Shown here: positions 51,329 through 64,000 of the stretch, piece after piece
Layout: each line of letters begins with the position of its first letter
Numbering within the stretch: the first letter of the stretch is position 1
NCBI GenBank assembly: GCA_021432655.1
Contig: MU271405.1
Span: 1 to 64,000 of the forward strand
Reading direction: 5' to 3'
DNA from: Atractiella rhizophila
Taxonomy: Eukaryota
DNA length: 64,000 nucleotides
Position numbers and translations under genes: made by a program
The notes under the pieces: generated by a model
Seen by the model: only the letters and a program-made list of their open reading frames with translations
Told to the model about the DNA's origin: nothing
Database searches by the model: none

Positions 51329-51655
51329 AACAATTTATTATGTTTAAAAGCCAAGAAACGTTGCTATAAAGCACGAATAGTGAGAAGCGATTGCGAAACA
51401 TTGGTGAGTTCTTCTGACGTGAAACAATCAAGGGTTGAGGAGACAATGGTGAGCAAGTGAGTTCCATGAATCATTGATCTCGCAAGGCTTTAGATATGGC
51501 CGAGCTTTGTTAGCATGCGGAATGAAATCCGTCGTGGAACAAAGTAATTCAAACAACAACAGTGGTTTCGCTCTTTTCGTCCTACTTCATCTTCTGCTGC
51601 ACTATAAAGGCGTTAGTTTCAATCACAAAAAATGATGATGAACCCTACCATCCAG

Positions 51656-51913
51656 CTACGCCTTGAATCGTTTCAGTTGTTCCTTCTCATACTCGGCGTA
51701 TTCTCTGCCATACCTCTCCTCGTCCGCCCTGGCTCTTCCTGTGTACACAGCCAAAAGGATCACGGCTGCATCTTTTCCATACTTCGCATCGAACGTCAAA
51801 AGGTTCCAATGCGTTTGTATTCCCTTCAAATCCGCGTTAGGATTTTCCTTCAGCGTGTCCGAAAAGTATATTTCTTTGGCTGTCCGTATGGGCCGTGGAG
51901 GCGAAAGAACCAT
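51656..51913 (-). CDS. Small HMG-box-like protein (85 aa)
   Basis: PPRPIRTAKEIYF...W..L...AK...Y...A.ADEERY.REY.EY follows the HMG-box helix pattern with a ~10-aa insertion. TATA-like TATAAAA lies ~90 bp upstream on the minus strand. Confidence 0.55.
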   Translation of the reverse strand: MVLSPPRPIRTAKEIYFSDTLKENPNADLKGIQTHWNLLTFDAKYGKDAAVILLAVYTGRARADEERYGREYAEYEKEQLKRFKA

Positions 51914-52453
51914 CGTGGTTTGTCTCTATTGATCTAGGGAGGTATGAGGGAGATCTTTTTGGTTGCTCAATTGGAAGTAGAGGTCTGGAGTCGACGATTG
52001 GGTTTTATACAGAAGTATGTGCGATAGTCACCGTGCGAGACGTTGTGAAGTGAGCAGTTCTTGTCTGCTGCTTGTCCATTCGCGGTCAAGGAGCAAGGAA
52101 ATAAGGACAACAAGGAGTATCAGGCATTTGTAGTCTCAGACTTCTCCGTACGCCTTGCAATAGGGGGAAGCTTGCCGAATGCTACAAAGCGCCTGCACCA
52201 TACATTCAGTCACTAGGGAAGACCTAACATTCGAGTCCGAGTCCGCTGGCTTTGACGAAGTGAATAAACAATCCTTTCAAGGTAAGGCTATAAACAGTTC
52301 TCTATCCTTTGCTATACTATTCGGTTGCCATTGCTCTAACGATCATCCAGCGCTTTTCTGTTTAGCCATGCATCAGTTATGCGGATGGGAAGTCAGGATG
52401 TCCTCACCCCGTCCGTGGAACCTCCTCCTCCTCGTTTATAGAGCCCACTAAGC

Positions 52454-53934
52454 TCACTGGAATTGGAGGATCGACTTGCAGGTGTCGAGAAATTGGTCCA
52501 TTGCGTCCAGAGAGCGATGAGATCCGCTTTTTGCTCGTTTCATCATTCGAACTTGATCCCTCACTTGTGAACGGCCCTGATCGTCCATCGCCAGAGTTGG
52601 TCGGACTAAAAAACGAGTTCTGATCTGATCCAGCACATTAGCTTTTATAGGAATTAAAATACAGGAGGCTCACTTTTCTCATTCTTGAAGTACTTCGAAA
52701 TTCCCCTTCCCATCCCAAAATTAGTCGAAGTTGGCGCGTCTGGAGGCGTCCGAGGTCGATTGTTCGAAGGAAGTGGAGGGACTCCTTGATCCAATGCGGG
52801 TGACCCAGGAGTGTAACCAGATTCAGGAAACATGGTGCTGCTAGGCCTGACACGATTGGTAGCTTCTGTTCGCTCCGGAAGTTCCCTCGACTCGACGTCC
52901 TTTTGAGAAAGTCCTGATGGCAGTTGAGAACCTAGAAGGATTACGAGGAACGAGAAGGCGTATATCGACGGGAGCAGAACCAAGAATAAGAGGCTCCATT
53001 GTGAACTACCCACTGGTTGCCCATGCTCCCAGATGGCTAAACCCAGCGTGACCAACTGGGTCGACAGAATAAGGAGTCCGCTGTAGATGATAAACATTAT
53101 CGCGTTGTCGAGCGTGAAACGAATGCGACTAGATGGGGAGATTAAGGATTTATTGACGTGTCGAAGTTCCATGATGAGAAAAAAGCACAAGCTGAAATCG
53201 ACTGCTAACGACAGGGACAGCCAAGCAAGGAGCACGGCTGCATAGGTATTCGTACGATGGATCACGCCAGCGTGGAATACGGCGATAATCGTCTGTGACA
53301 AGCCAAGAACAAAGCCTACAACCACGCCAAACAGTGTAAGCGAGAGGGTGATGTTTAACCACAATCGACGCCATTTGATAATCTTGCTTATTTGCCAACC
53401 ACCTAATCTTGTGTCAGTTCAGCACTTCTATTCTGAAACATGAGCTGCAAACGGTAGCAAAGGAACAGCTGGCACTGTGACTGAAGCAACACAGATGTTA
53501 TCCCTGATGCCATAGATACGCCTCGATCCCCTGGGTTCATAATGTAGACGAAATCCCCCCATCGGATGGCGTGAAGGAGGCATAGCTAAAGTAGACATCA
53601 ACATGCAAAATGAGAAGGGATTTAAACCGTAAAAACTTACCCTGAGAATAATTGTAATAATGAATGTAGTTTCACAGCAGGCCACGAACAGGACCACTGC
53701 CTTCATCATAAAAAAGCGTTTGCCTTTGAAGTATCGAAAGTAGCGACCAGAAAGCTGCAAGATCACCCCGAGCATCAAGCAAGATATAAAACCTCCCAAC
53801 AAGCTTGCAAGGAGCTGGCTACCTCCCACCTAGTACAAGTGCCGTTAAGACAACGCACAGCACCTGGGAAGGACAGCAATGCTCACATGAGTGCCTGGAG
53901 GCAACTGGAAGACAGGACCAGCTTCAGAGCTCAT
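52454..53934 (-). CDS. Basidiomycete multi-pass membrane protein (DUF6534-like), paralog of 38370-39770
   Basis: LLASLLGGFISCLMLGVIL, WLSLSLAVDFSLCFFL, LLPSIYAFSFLVILLGS, shared NFG.G.GISKY.K motif, similar intron positions. Confidence 0.7.
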
Positions 53935-54539
53935 AACATTCGCGATGGGGAATGAATCAACAAGGGATCGTGAGCAGCTTCCTTGCTGTCTCTTCTTCAG
54001 CTCACAGACAGACGGTAATTTTGCCGAAAAGAGAAGCAGTAGGAGAAACGCAGTGATAACGTTTGGTTTGCATCATGAGGTTAACCCATCCGATCCACTG
54101 GCAGCTCGGCCGCAAGAAGAAGTTCTTTCCGGCATTGTCGATTTTGATTCTTAGTTCTTGGTCAACATGATCGTCTGGGGTGGAGGCAAAGGTGAGTGTC
54201 ACTTGATCTTCGCTAAAGTCCAATGGCTTCATGGCATGCATTAATAAGAATGGCGTGTTCAAGCTTCGTCCACCTAAGATCAAAGACGAGGGAATGTAAT
54301 CAAAGTGCCAGATTATCACTTTATTACGATCAGTACCGTTTCATCTTTCAGAACTTTTCTCTCCCATAGAAATCTATCAGCGAGTCGTGATTTCCGAAAA
54401 TGAACTGGGTTAAAAAGTACTAAAGAGGGAGGTCATCATTATTTCGCGGCAGTATCAAATAGTCCATCCAATCCTCCATGAAGGTGTCTCTCAAGCAAGT
54501 ACAGAAATCCAGCATTCTCATACACGAAGAGCCATTGAC

Positions 54540-55816
54540 TTAGGCGAATTGTAACTGACATCCTACATCGTTAAGGAGGTTTCCGCTCTCCCTTTTTCCG
54601 TACACCACGTCGGATTGAGTGATCCTATATGAAGAAGGGATTACTGCCTCCTCTGTTACAGCCAGTCAGATGCTTACCTCGAGTTGAATTTGAGGATGCT
54701 CTTGTAAGCGAGGTATTGATCGACCGAGATCTCGAGCGGCTTGTCGACCACGTACCAAGAGACACCCTTTCCACGGGAACAAATTCACGCCAAGTTAAAG
54801 TGGTAAAGGGAAACGAAACGCACCTCAGAGCATGGGGGTGTGGTCAAGGATCCAGCATAAGTGAAAATGGTGCTTTCAACGAAGGCTTTCCTCAGGCCCC
54901 TATACATGGAGCGAAATCAGGATTAGTTTGTAACAGCGAGATAAAGACTGACGAATAATCGAGGGCTTCAATCTCGGCTTCTGAATCAATCTCTCCCAAG
55001 GATGATAGGTACGGTTCAATAGCTTGGAATACTGCATCGCCTGGCCCATTAGACAGCTCAACGACAAAGCCTAGGACGGCGGATTTGGGTGCTACCATTC
55101 CAACAAGCGGGAGCAGAATTAGATACACTTGTGGTGCAGAGAGAAAAGCAAAGCGCACGAGTATCAGCGGTGCGGAAAACGAAGTGAATTTCCATGGGAT
55201 AGTGCACTGCGTCAGGTGGTTAGTTACATCAGGGAGAGGATGGTAGGAGCTAGAGAGGTAACGGAGAACTTACTGTCGTTAATTCTGTGTTCGGAAGGAG
55301 TATGGTGGTGCCATTGAGCGAGGGTATAAAGCTATCGCAAAATTTATAAATGCCCACAGTCTCAAGATAGAAAAAGCAGAGTGTTACCTCGCCATTAAAA
55401 ACTGCTTGTGTCCTCTCCTCTCCTTCGGGTTCTTCATCTAATTCGATCGTCAACCCATCATACGTGATTTTTCTCTTAATGCTATCGATGAGATTGAGCT
55501 GGGTGGTAAGCGCCCATTCGCTTTCATCCGTGGCGATATTCGTAGGCGACTGGTTCTGACCAGTGCTGCAAAGCGTGTTGTTCGCGTTCAGATTCGCCCA
55601 GTTCAGAGGGCCAGTCACGCCACTATAGCCAAACGGAAGTTCTCCAGCACCATCGGGGTCCCGGCGCGACTGTGAGTGTGAGTGCAAGGCTTTGATGGCT
55701 GATGCACCGACGTGGCTTGCCCGTTTGACGTTTGAGATGAAGTTGGGATTTGGACTGGGAAATGCTTGAGCTGTGAGCGCAAAGGCGAAGAGAGGGAGTG
55801 TGTTTGCGACCTTCAT
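54540..55816 (-). CDS. Secreted alpha-class carbonic anhydrase, multi-exon
   Basis: Signal peptide, FGYSGVTGPLNW...CSTGQNQSPTNI, zinc ligands QWHHHTPSEH and ELHF, Y.GSLTTPPCSE(G)V.W. Confidence 0.92.
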
Positions 55817-56806
55817 GTTGAGGATTGTTGAAGAATAATTGAGATGATGCTAGGATGTGTGAAGATAGGAAAAGCTGGAATGAGGAATGGCTCTTGAGGA
55901 AGCAGGCGTATTTTATGTCGTTTGGTCCGCTGGAAAACAAGACCTGAATGCTTGGTGTCGTAAAATACTCAACTAGGATAAATGAAGCAGAAGAGCTAGG
56001 CGAAGAGGGACGATGTGCCCGAGGTCATTCGACTTTTCACTGTTTTCTTTGGATGTGACATCTTGGCAAGCATCCCACCTGCTCCTTGGCGTCCCCAAAT
56101 GCAGTTTACCAATCAATTGAGGAACAGACAACGAAGCAGGAATCCGGTGAAGGCGCGGGAGATACTGCACGCCTCCTTGAGCACCTACATGATGCGACAT
56201 CGCACCCAAGCAATCCTGGAACGGGATTCCCGCCTAACCCGACGATGGCTGACACGCTGACACATGATGGAAAAAGACAGCGGAAACGTGAGCCAGAGAT
56301 ACGGCATCCGGTGCAAACGGCATGAGATCGAGCCATTCTGTCGGCTCAATTCATGACTGCACTTTTGGTCAGCTTTTGACCGTGGCTCGTCCCAAGGGAA
56401 ACTCATATCCCTTCTCCAAGTAAGCGCATTTACAGATGCGGAGGCACATTCAGACCTTCAATGAAGACAATGGTTGAAAAAGGCTTGGTAAGGCGGAAGA
56501 AAGCAGGATGACCGTTTCTCGCGTCGGAACGCCTCCGCTGCCTTTGGAATCTCCATCGGCAGAACAAGCAAAGTGGGATGTAAGGCTTTCATGCCTAGTC
56601 CACGGCATTTCCATCAGCGTTGTTGCTGCAAATCTCGTCTTTTGGATGTTGTGACAATACAACGGTTTTAGTCCCGTGATTTAGTGTCCGCATTTCCCTT
56701 GTTTCCAGGGGAACCTTGTTCTCACACTTCGAACCTTTTTTCCTCCTTTCTCCCGCTCCAGCACTGTCGTGACAGCCTACTGGGTTCTGGCTTCAAGCAC
56801 ATCTAA

Positions 56807-57602
56807 ATGTCTCAAGAAGGCTCAACGCAAGGCTACAATGCCTATCAAGACGAAGAAGGGGAGGACGTATCAATGGACCAGGTTGAACGACCAACTGGAA
56901 ATACGAACGGGGCTGGGACTGGGAACGCGACCGCGAGCACGAGCACGGTGCCTCAACCTCAAGCGGTGACATCGCGTCCACAGGCTGCAGAGGCGAGCGG
57001 GAGCGGGAGTGGGAAGGTTGTGCATGGACCTGGACCGAAGCCTGATATCGTGTCGAGGAATAGGTTGAAGGCGAAATATGCTGAGCTGCAGAAACAGTAT
57101 CACGTCGTTTTCGAGGTCAGTCTCCTTTCAATCTCCCCATGAGCGAGTCTTTCTCCATCCTCAAGATTTGGATTTGCATGGATGAGAAATAAACTGACGG
57201 TTCACGTGTGGATAGGAGCATGAGAGGAAGAGGAAGGAGTTAGAATCGAAAGAGGCGAAATGTGCGCTATTGCAGAACGAAATCGAGTACGTCCTTCCCC
57301 CCTCATCGGACCGATATAATCTAATTCCCTCCCTCTCCGTTCGTCAAAGTCTAATCCTCGATCAAATTTACGCTGCTGACTATGCGTCTGGGGCGAAACG
57401 GCTGCCTCCCACGCTCCTATACGATTCAGACGACGAGCAATCTGGTTCTCCTAGCGCCCCGAAAAAGGAAAAGGGAACAGAGGACGTGAAAATGGAAGAG
57501 GAGGAAGGGACGTCGAAGTTGAGGATTCATGATTTGTTAGAGGTATGCTACTTACTTCAATTCTAATTGACAAACTGTTGATTATTTGGGTTGTAGCGAT
57601 AA
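56807..57602 (+). CDS. Small coiled-coil nuclear-type protein (possibly chromatin-remodeller subunit-like), 4 exons
   Basis: Spliced RNRLKAKYAELQKQY...ELESKEAKCALLQNEI(D)LILDQI heptad region with acidic/disordered flanks. Function is a guess. Confidence 0.6.
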
Positions 57603-57973
57603 CGAGGATTGGGCCTTGACATTCAGGATTGGTTTTGTCATCAGCTTTCATCGTGTGCAAGTGTACAACAGACAGATGGTAGTTTTGAATGAGCACTGAC
57701 GACTGAAGCTGAAGACGGAGAAGGTCTCTTAAAATAATCACTTCATCATCAAATCCAACCCACTCAATCCCAAACCGAAACCAACACAGCAGACGATCAA
57801 AACGATACTGTATGTCGAAACTAATAACAATAAAAATTTGTGCTAGAAATTGTAAATCAAATAAGGAGTTGGTCATTTCCTGTTGGTGAACCACGATTGT
57901 ACGTAGACGCTTAATCTGGTGGCGTTTCACCAACAACCTGCGGAGGTTTATCTACAGCTCGTGGTCTCTTCCT

Positions 57974-58552
57974 CTATCCAACCCAAAACATCAGATCCAA
58001 TCCCATCAGTAAGCTAGAGAAATCAAGACTCACATGAACACCCTTCCTCTCCCTCTCCCTCTTACTCTTCCTTCTAACCGGCTGAACATCCCTCTCCCCC
58101 TCCTCCCTCTCCCTAAAATCATAAGCTCTCCAAGCCCAATCCACATCCTCCTCCAGCGGCAAATAATTATTGAGCAGCGCATACGTCTCTAGCTTCTGTT
58201 GGAGTGGTGTCCGCTTCAGTGGCTTGAGTGGAGGGGGTGAGGAGGAACGTGGAGAAGAGAATGGGGAGACGGAAGGAGAGGAGGTGCCTTGACTTGAGGT
58301 CTCGTAGTCGGCATATCCTGATGATTGACTTAGGTTCGAACAACCTGACCTAACGCTCCAGGACGTTGATGGTGCCCTTGTCCGCATTGTCGTACGCGAT
58401 AGCGGTCGCTCATACCCCCTAGATTTTGAGAATGGAGATGGAGAGGAGGATGGGGACGAGGAGGAGGAGGAAGTGAGGGAGGCGGCGAGGGGAGAAGAGG
58501 AGGAAGGCTCGATCGTTATCTTGCTGTAAAATTTAGAGGTGATGTTGAGCAC
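57974..58552 (-). CDS. Ser/Pro-rich hypothetical protein
   Basis: 192-codon ORF with low-complexity coding-like composition. First in-frame ATG is near 58387. Confidence 0.45.
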   Translation of the reverse strand: MLNITSKFYSKITIEPSSSSPLAASLTSSSSSSPSSSPSPFSKSRGYERPLSRTTMRTRAPSTSWSVRSGCSNLSQSSGYADYETSSQGTSSPSVSPFSSPRSSSPPPLKPLKRTPLQQKLETYALLNNYLPLEEDVDWAWRAYDFREREEGERDVQPVRRKSKRERERKGVHVSLDFSSLLMGLDLMFWVG

Positions 58553-59255
58553 ACGTCTTTATTCTCTCTTGTTTAGCAGCAAGCTATAACCTCCCTCGCC
58601 AGTACTACGGTTTTAGGCTTGTTCACAGCTAGTGGGTTGAGAAAATAGCAGTTAGGACGTCTAGGAAGGGGAGGGAGATAGACTCGGTAGCTATATATGT
58701 AATAGTTATCTGGAGGTTGCAGTCGAACTGACGTCGTCTGGGGTCGAGCGAATACGACTGCGAATATTCAAAAAGCCGCGAAGGTGTTGACGTTCTCAGA
58801 AAAACGCTCCTTCACCTTTGCCCCAGCACTAAAATAAACTGTCGCAAATAAGGAGACCCTTGTAGATGTGACTCCGTAGACATACTACCTCCCTCTCCAC
58901 ACTATAGATGACAGGTACTCCGCTCTTTCGCTCTTTCCGCTCAGGACTAGAAAAGTACGGTCCAAAACCCCGCAGTTGCGAGCTTCCTCAGAGATAGAAG
59001 GGGGTAGTCTGTGTGGTTGTGGGGTGTGGCGATGGGTGCGGAGGTCGTACATTGCGATCAGGAGGGAAGCGCAGTAGATGAGGAAGGGAGCGTAGGAGTA
59101 GCTGGGGTTGAGGTTTCGAGGTTGGGCAGGGAAGGCGGAGTCTTAGCAAGAGGTAGTGGGAGCAGCCGGGAAGGAGGTAGAGGAGCGGTAGGGCGAGGGC
59201 GAGGGCCTGCGGTCAGTGAAGTAGAGAGGAGAGTGGTCGCAGCCTCTTACGTGTC

Positions 59256-59846
59256 NNNNNNNNNNNNNNNNNNNNNNNNNNNNNNNNNNNNNNNNNNNNN
59301 NNNNNNNNNNNNNNNNNNNNNNNNNNNNNNNNNNNNNNNNNNNNNNNNNNNNNNNNNNNNNNNNNNNNNNNNNNNNNNNNNNNNNNNNNNNNNNNNNNNN
59401 NNNNNNNNNNNNNNNNNNNNNNNNNNNNNNNNNNNNNNNNNNNNNNNNNNNNNNNNNNNNNNNNNNNNNNNNNNNNNNNNNNNNNNNNNNNNNNNNNNNN
59501 NNNNNNNNNNNNNNNNNNNNNNNNNNNNNNNNNNNNNNNNNNNNNNNNNNNNNNNNNNNNNNNNNNNNNNNNNNNNNNNNNNNNNNNNNNNNNNNNNNNN
59601 NNNNNNNNNNNNNNNNNNNNNNNNNNNNNNNNNNNNNNNNNNNNNNNNNNNNNNNNNNNNNNNNNNNNNNNNNNNNNNNNNNNNNNNNNNNNNNNNNNNN
59701 NNNNNNNNNNNNNNNNNNNNNNNNNNNNNNNNNNNNNNNNNNNNNNNNNNNNNNNNNNNNNNNNNNNNNNNNNNNNNNNNNNNNNNNNNNNNNNNNNNNN
59801 NNNNNNNNNNNNNNNNNNNNNNNNNNNNNNNNNNNNNNNNNNNNNN
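59256..59846. other. Assembly gap (N run)
   Basis: About 591 consecutive n characters. Confidence 1.
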
Positions 59847-62637
59847 CGCCTGTCAGAACAAAGAAACTTTCGCAACGACGTTTTCATTCTGTTTGCGTCT
59901 TGTCTTTACCCTATTTCCTTTGGTAAAAGCAGACACCCAACCTTATGAGAATCCACCGTGTGTCGTCTCCTCGTGCGAACAACACCGAGTTTTGGTTGGA
60001 AGGTGTGAAGCACCAAGGCACTTCTCCATTCCTTGGAGACGAAAGCTTCCAGATTTTTCGCAACGTCAAAGACTATGTAGGCCGCTTTCTACTCTTTCAA
60101 ATGTGGTCGTTGAATGAAGGGAAAGGGGGCTGTGGGTGATGGTGTCGCGGACGATACAGATGCTTTCAATCGCGCCATAACGGACGGGAATAGGTGTTTA
60201 GGAGGTACTTGCGATGGAGGAGTAACTGGTCGTCCCGTCCGTGAGTCTCCCCTTCCGTCTCTCCCTCCGTCTTACATTCAACAATCGCTGATTGACACTG
60301 AACGATAAAGTGCTGTACGTCCCGGAAGGTACATACGTCGTCACCTCGAGCGTCCAAGTGACAATTTACACCCAAATCATCGGCAACCCCCTCTCCCTAC
60401 CCACGATCAAAGCTTCCTCCAACTTCCGCGCATCCGTCGATTCTGGCGCCGTCCTGAATGGATACGATCCTGGAACCGGTTCAACAACGAATTTCTTCAT
60501 CGGCATTCGTAATATAATCATTGATACGACGGATGTGGATAGCGGCTTCGCACTACCGTTGCTGAACTGGGCGGTCTCGCAGGCGACCAACTTGGTCAAT
60601 GTTCATTTTGAAATGCCCAAGGGGAGTAAGCATTTAGGGATTATCATGGATGGAGGAGACGGTGGGTTTCTCGTCCTCTCGATCGGTTTACAGACCTTGA
60701 TTGCTGTTGCATGAGGAAGGTGGAGGAGGAAGTGGGACCTTCTCAGGAGATCTTTCCTTCAACGGAGGAGCGGTTGGGATACAGCTGAACAATCAGCAAT
60801 ACTCCTTCAAGAATCTCGAATTCACCGACGTCGACACAGCGATTCAGGTCCTCCACCTCTTCGTAGGCGTCTTCCAAGGCCTCTCGTTCACCAACGTCAA
60901 CATCGGAGTGGACCTCACGACGATGGACGACACCGGTTCAGTTTCCCTCATCGATTCGAGAGCCCAAAACACCTCCATCGTTCTCAAGACGGACAATCAG
61001 CGATCAGTTCTCCTTGAGAATATACACAATGAAGACTCAGCTACAACAGTCTTGTTGAATGGTAATGCTGCCGTCAAAGGGTCGGTCGCGGGAACTTGGG
61101 CACTCGGAAACGTATACACAGACAATTCTGGCATCCCCAAGTTCACCTCCGGAGCGACACCTACTACCGATCGTGGCACTCTGACGGCGAAAGATGGGAA
61201 GTATGTCACGAAGGCTCTACCTCAGTATGAACAGTACAGCGCAGAAGCGTTTGCCAGCGTGAAGGATGCAGGCGCCGTGGGAGATGGAAAGACAGATGAT
61301 ACCAAGGCGATTCAGCAAGCCTTGATGGAGAATGCTGGGTGCCGCCTCACTTACTTCCCCCACGGTGTTTATCTCGTCACAGACACAATATATGTTCCTC
61401 CTGGTATGATTTCTCTCACATTTGAACAGTTTGCACCAACGGGTCATAAACAGACTCGAGAATCGTAGGAGAGGTCTGGTCCATCGTCGCGGCTTCTGGG
61501 AAAGCCTTTTCCGACGAAAACAACCCAAAAGCCATGGTTCGTCATTTGCTCTTCGTCTTCCTGCTTATTGAAAGAGGTCAAGCTTCGAGTTGGTGAACCC
61601 GGTGAAGTTGGGGTAGCTGAATTCGTCGACATGATTTTCACGGTCGCAGACGCTCTGCCTGGTGCTATCGTCGTTGAAGTGAACATGGCTGGGGAGATTA
61701 AAGGCGATGTGTCTTTTCACAACACTCACATTCGGATTGGAGGTACGGGTCTCGGGTTCTCGAATCAATCCAGCGAACGCTAAGGATAATGAACGAACAG
61801 GCTCACAAGACAGCAAGACAGAGACAGAATGTCAGGAAGACGGTTCCCCTTGCAAGGCAGCCTTCTTGATGATGCATCTCAAGGAGACGTCTCAAACATA
61901 TATGGAAAATATGTGGTTATGGAGCGGTAAGCAGGTGCCTAATGAACGATAGCAATACCCTGACATGGGTCCGATAGCGGATCACGACCTAGACGCCGAT
62001 TTTAACCAAGTGATAGGAACCGGTCGAGGCTACCTAACGGAATCGACTAAAGGGTCCTGGTTTGTCGGTACAGGCTCAGAACACCACATCCTATATGCAT
62101 ATCAATTTCTCAACGCTGCGAATGTCTACGTAGGCATGGCACAAATAGAAACACCATATTTCCAACCAGCTCCACCTGCTCCCACTCCTTGGAAACCGAA
62201 TGCTGACTGGAACGATCCGACATTCGACAATTGCCCGGATGGGGACGACAAGTGCCGAATGCAGTGGGCGATTAGGATCGTTGGTGGTAGTCACCAGAAT
62301 ATCTACGGTGCAGGGTCCTGGGCCTTTTTCAATAATTTTGGTGGATGTGATGGGGATTGTCAAAAAGTCCAGTCTCACCTCTTCGGAAATGATACTGGTG
62401 ACTGACTTCGACATAAAGGATATTTACTCGCTAGAGGGCGACGTCCACGCAACTGTTCTGTATAACATGAACACAAGGTTCGTCAGTTTTCTGCTCAAAT
62501 GGACGAAGGATGAGTATATTATCTTCAGATCTGTCACGAACGTGGTGACTGTCAATGGGCAAGGAGTAGCAAAGGCTGCTGACAACTTGGGGTCTTGGGG
62601 AGCCAAGGTGACGGCATACTTAGGACTGTTGCCATAG
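59847..62637 (+). CDS. Exo-beta-1,3-glucanase (glycoside hydrolase family 55), multi-exon, start probably in or next to the gap
   Basis: FWLEGVKHQG, FRNVKDY|GAVGDGVADDT, LNWAVSQATNL, second repeat SVKDAGAVGDGKTDDT, YMENMWLW(T)ADHDLD, GTGSEHHILYAYQ, QIETPYFQP. Confidence 0.95.
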
Positions 62638-63410
62638 TACTTCAAGTATTCAACCAGCTTCAATGGATTTATTTCGATACTCTTGTGATTACATCCCTGC
62701 TCACGTTGCGTTTCTCTTTATGTAAGCCACCACGGACTTATAGCCTATGCTGGAAACAACCACCAAGTTGACCAGTGAAAGGACATCCGACGTCTACAGT
62801 TTGCAGGTCAAAAGTACAAAGCGCCATGGGAACTCGAGGACTCTTAGGCTTCATTTTCAAGAACGGCACCCGCAAAGCGTCCTACTAATTGCAGGAGCTC
62901 TCTGAAAGTGTCGACAAGGTGACTTGGTGAGTTTCTCTCCTTTTACTATTAGAATTGGATAGATCACCCATCCCAACTTGGTTGGGACATGCTCAATCCT
63001 CCAACCGACTCGGCCAGTCCAAGAACGATATTGGCCAGCTTTTGGCGACCCCAAAGTGAGCTTGAGCTCCGAAGCCGAATTATTCTCCCTCATCTGCTCT
63101 CTGCGTCTTGGGCACAGGCCTGACGATACCAACTTCCTCGACAACGATGTGTTTTGCAAATGGGTGTCGATTTCATCGATCTCAATGATGGAGAATGAGT
63201 GCAGATAGATGTTTTCCTTGAAACGGTTGCCTTGAACAAAGCGAGGGAGAGCAAGAATATTGTTGAGGAACTTGAAGAGCTGGTTGATCAATTGTGAGCT
63301 CTATGATGTTGGAATAACGTTACTACATAGTATTATCTTTGCCCTGTGTTTCGCCGTGCTTTTAAGTGAACTTCCTACCCAGGACGCCTTGCTCGAACAG
63401 GAACCACACT

Positions 63411-64000
63411 TTAAAGCGTAATGAGTTCTGGTAACTTCGACCCTTGTGGAGCATCCACCGCCCATGCGAGGCAATAGTGCTCAAGGATCAACTCTAGCTC
63501 TTCAATCTCATCGAGCATCTCAAGCTTCGCAATGCTGTAAGGCCCAAAGAAGTCCATGTTCGATGGAATGAAAGAGTCATGTCACAGTCTCTTCCAATTC
63601 TGAAGATAAATAAAGGACAAACCGTTCCAGTTCAGAACGTGGAACGTCCACGCGTCTTATAGTTTTCAAATCCTTCACTTCGACCTTTTTGAAACCGGCT
63701 TTTGAGAATTGTTCCTTCTCTTTTGCGGGTAGGACCCCAGGGATATGAATTTGGCGATTCTGACACTCTTTTAATGTGGGTAACAGCATGAAGAGTCAAA
63801 GAATGAACCTTGAGATTCTGCTTCATCACCCTCCCAAACTCATCGCCTTTATCTACCATCTCGTATGTCAGCCCTGCCACTCCCGCTTCCCGAAAGGTGT
63901 CGTGAAACCAACGAAGAATGGATAGAGAGGAGGATGGGGACATGTAGACAAACACGCATTCTGTTCAATGAACCGAATCATTTCTTTCACAAAACGTCAA
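63411..64000 (-). CDS. PPM1: Leucine carboxyl methyltransferase 1 (PP2A methyltransferase), 3' part
   Basis: ECVFVYMSP, YEMVDKGDEFGRVMKQNL, IAKLEMLDEIEELELILEHYCLAWA. Stop at 63411-63413. Confidence 0.88.

Noticed and set aside
59011..60117. Long ORFs 59011-60117 (+) and 59213-59887 (-)
   Set aside because: They are open only because they run through the N gap.
1..64000. CRISPR arrays, rRNA, prokaryotic operons or intact transposase genes
   Set aside because: None seen. The sequence is spliced eukaryotic DNA without repeat-spacer arrays or recognisable TE coding motifs.

Overview
Intron-rich eukaryotic genomic DNA with ~50-60 nt GT-AG introns, most likely from a basidiomycete fungus (inference from intron architecture and gene families). 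It holds about 23 protein-coding genes, including GH2 beta-mannosidase, BC10/BLCAP, uridine phosphorylase, TOP2, two Zn2Cys6 factors, a type-B carboxylesterase, a GNAT, a Psr1/SCP1 phosphatase, two DUF6534-like membrane paralogs, RanBP9/Vid30, NDUFB2, a small HMG-box-like protein, alpha-carbonic anhydrase, GH55 glucanase and PPM1/LCMT1. There are also two copies of a tRNA-Asp(GTC) gene and a 591-nt N gap. The clearest non-gene pattern is four near-identical duplications of 0.26-1.8 kb whose junctions all carry a single extra 'A'. The simplest reading is overlapping haplotype contigs joined by the assembler, one of which may expose a heterozygous deletion of a GNAT and a SAM-like gene. The best biological leads are a probable CUG start for the RanBP9/Vid30 gene, a long structured intron in that gene, an atypical tRNA-Asp anticodon loop and a 9-nt micro-exon. 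I found no convincing new multi-gene system. Exon boundaries were read by eye and are approximate.
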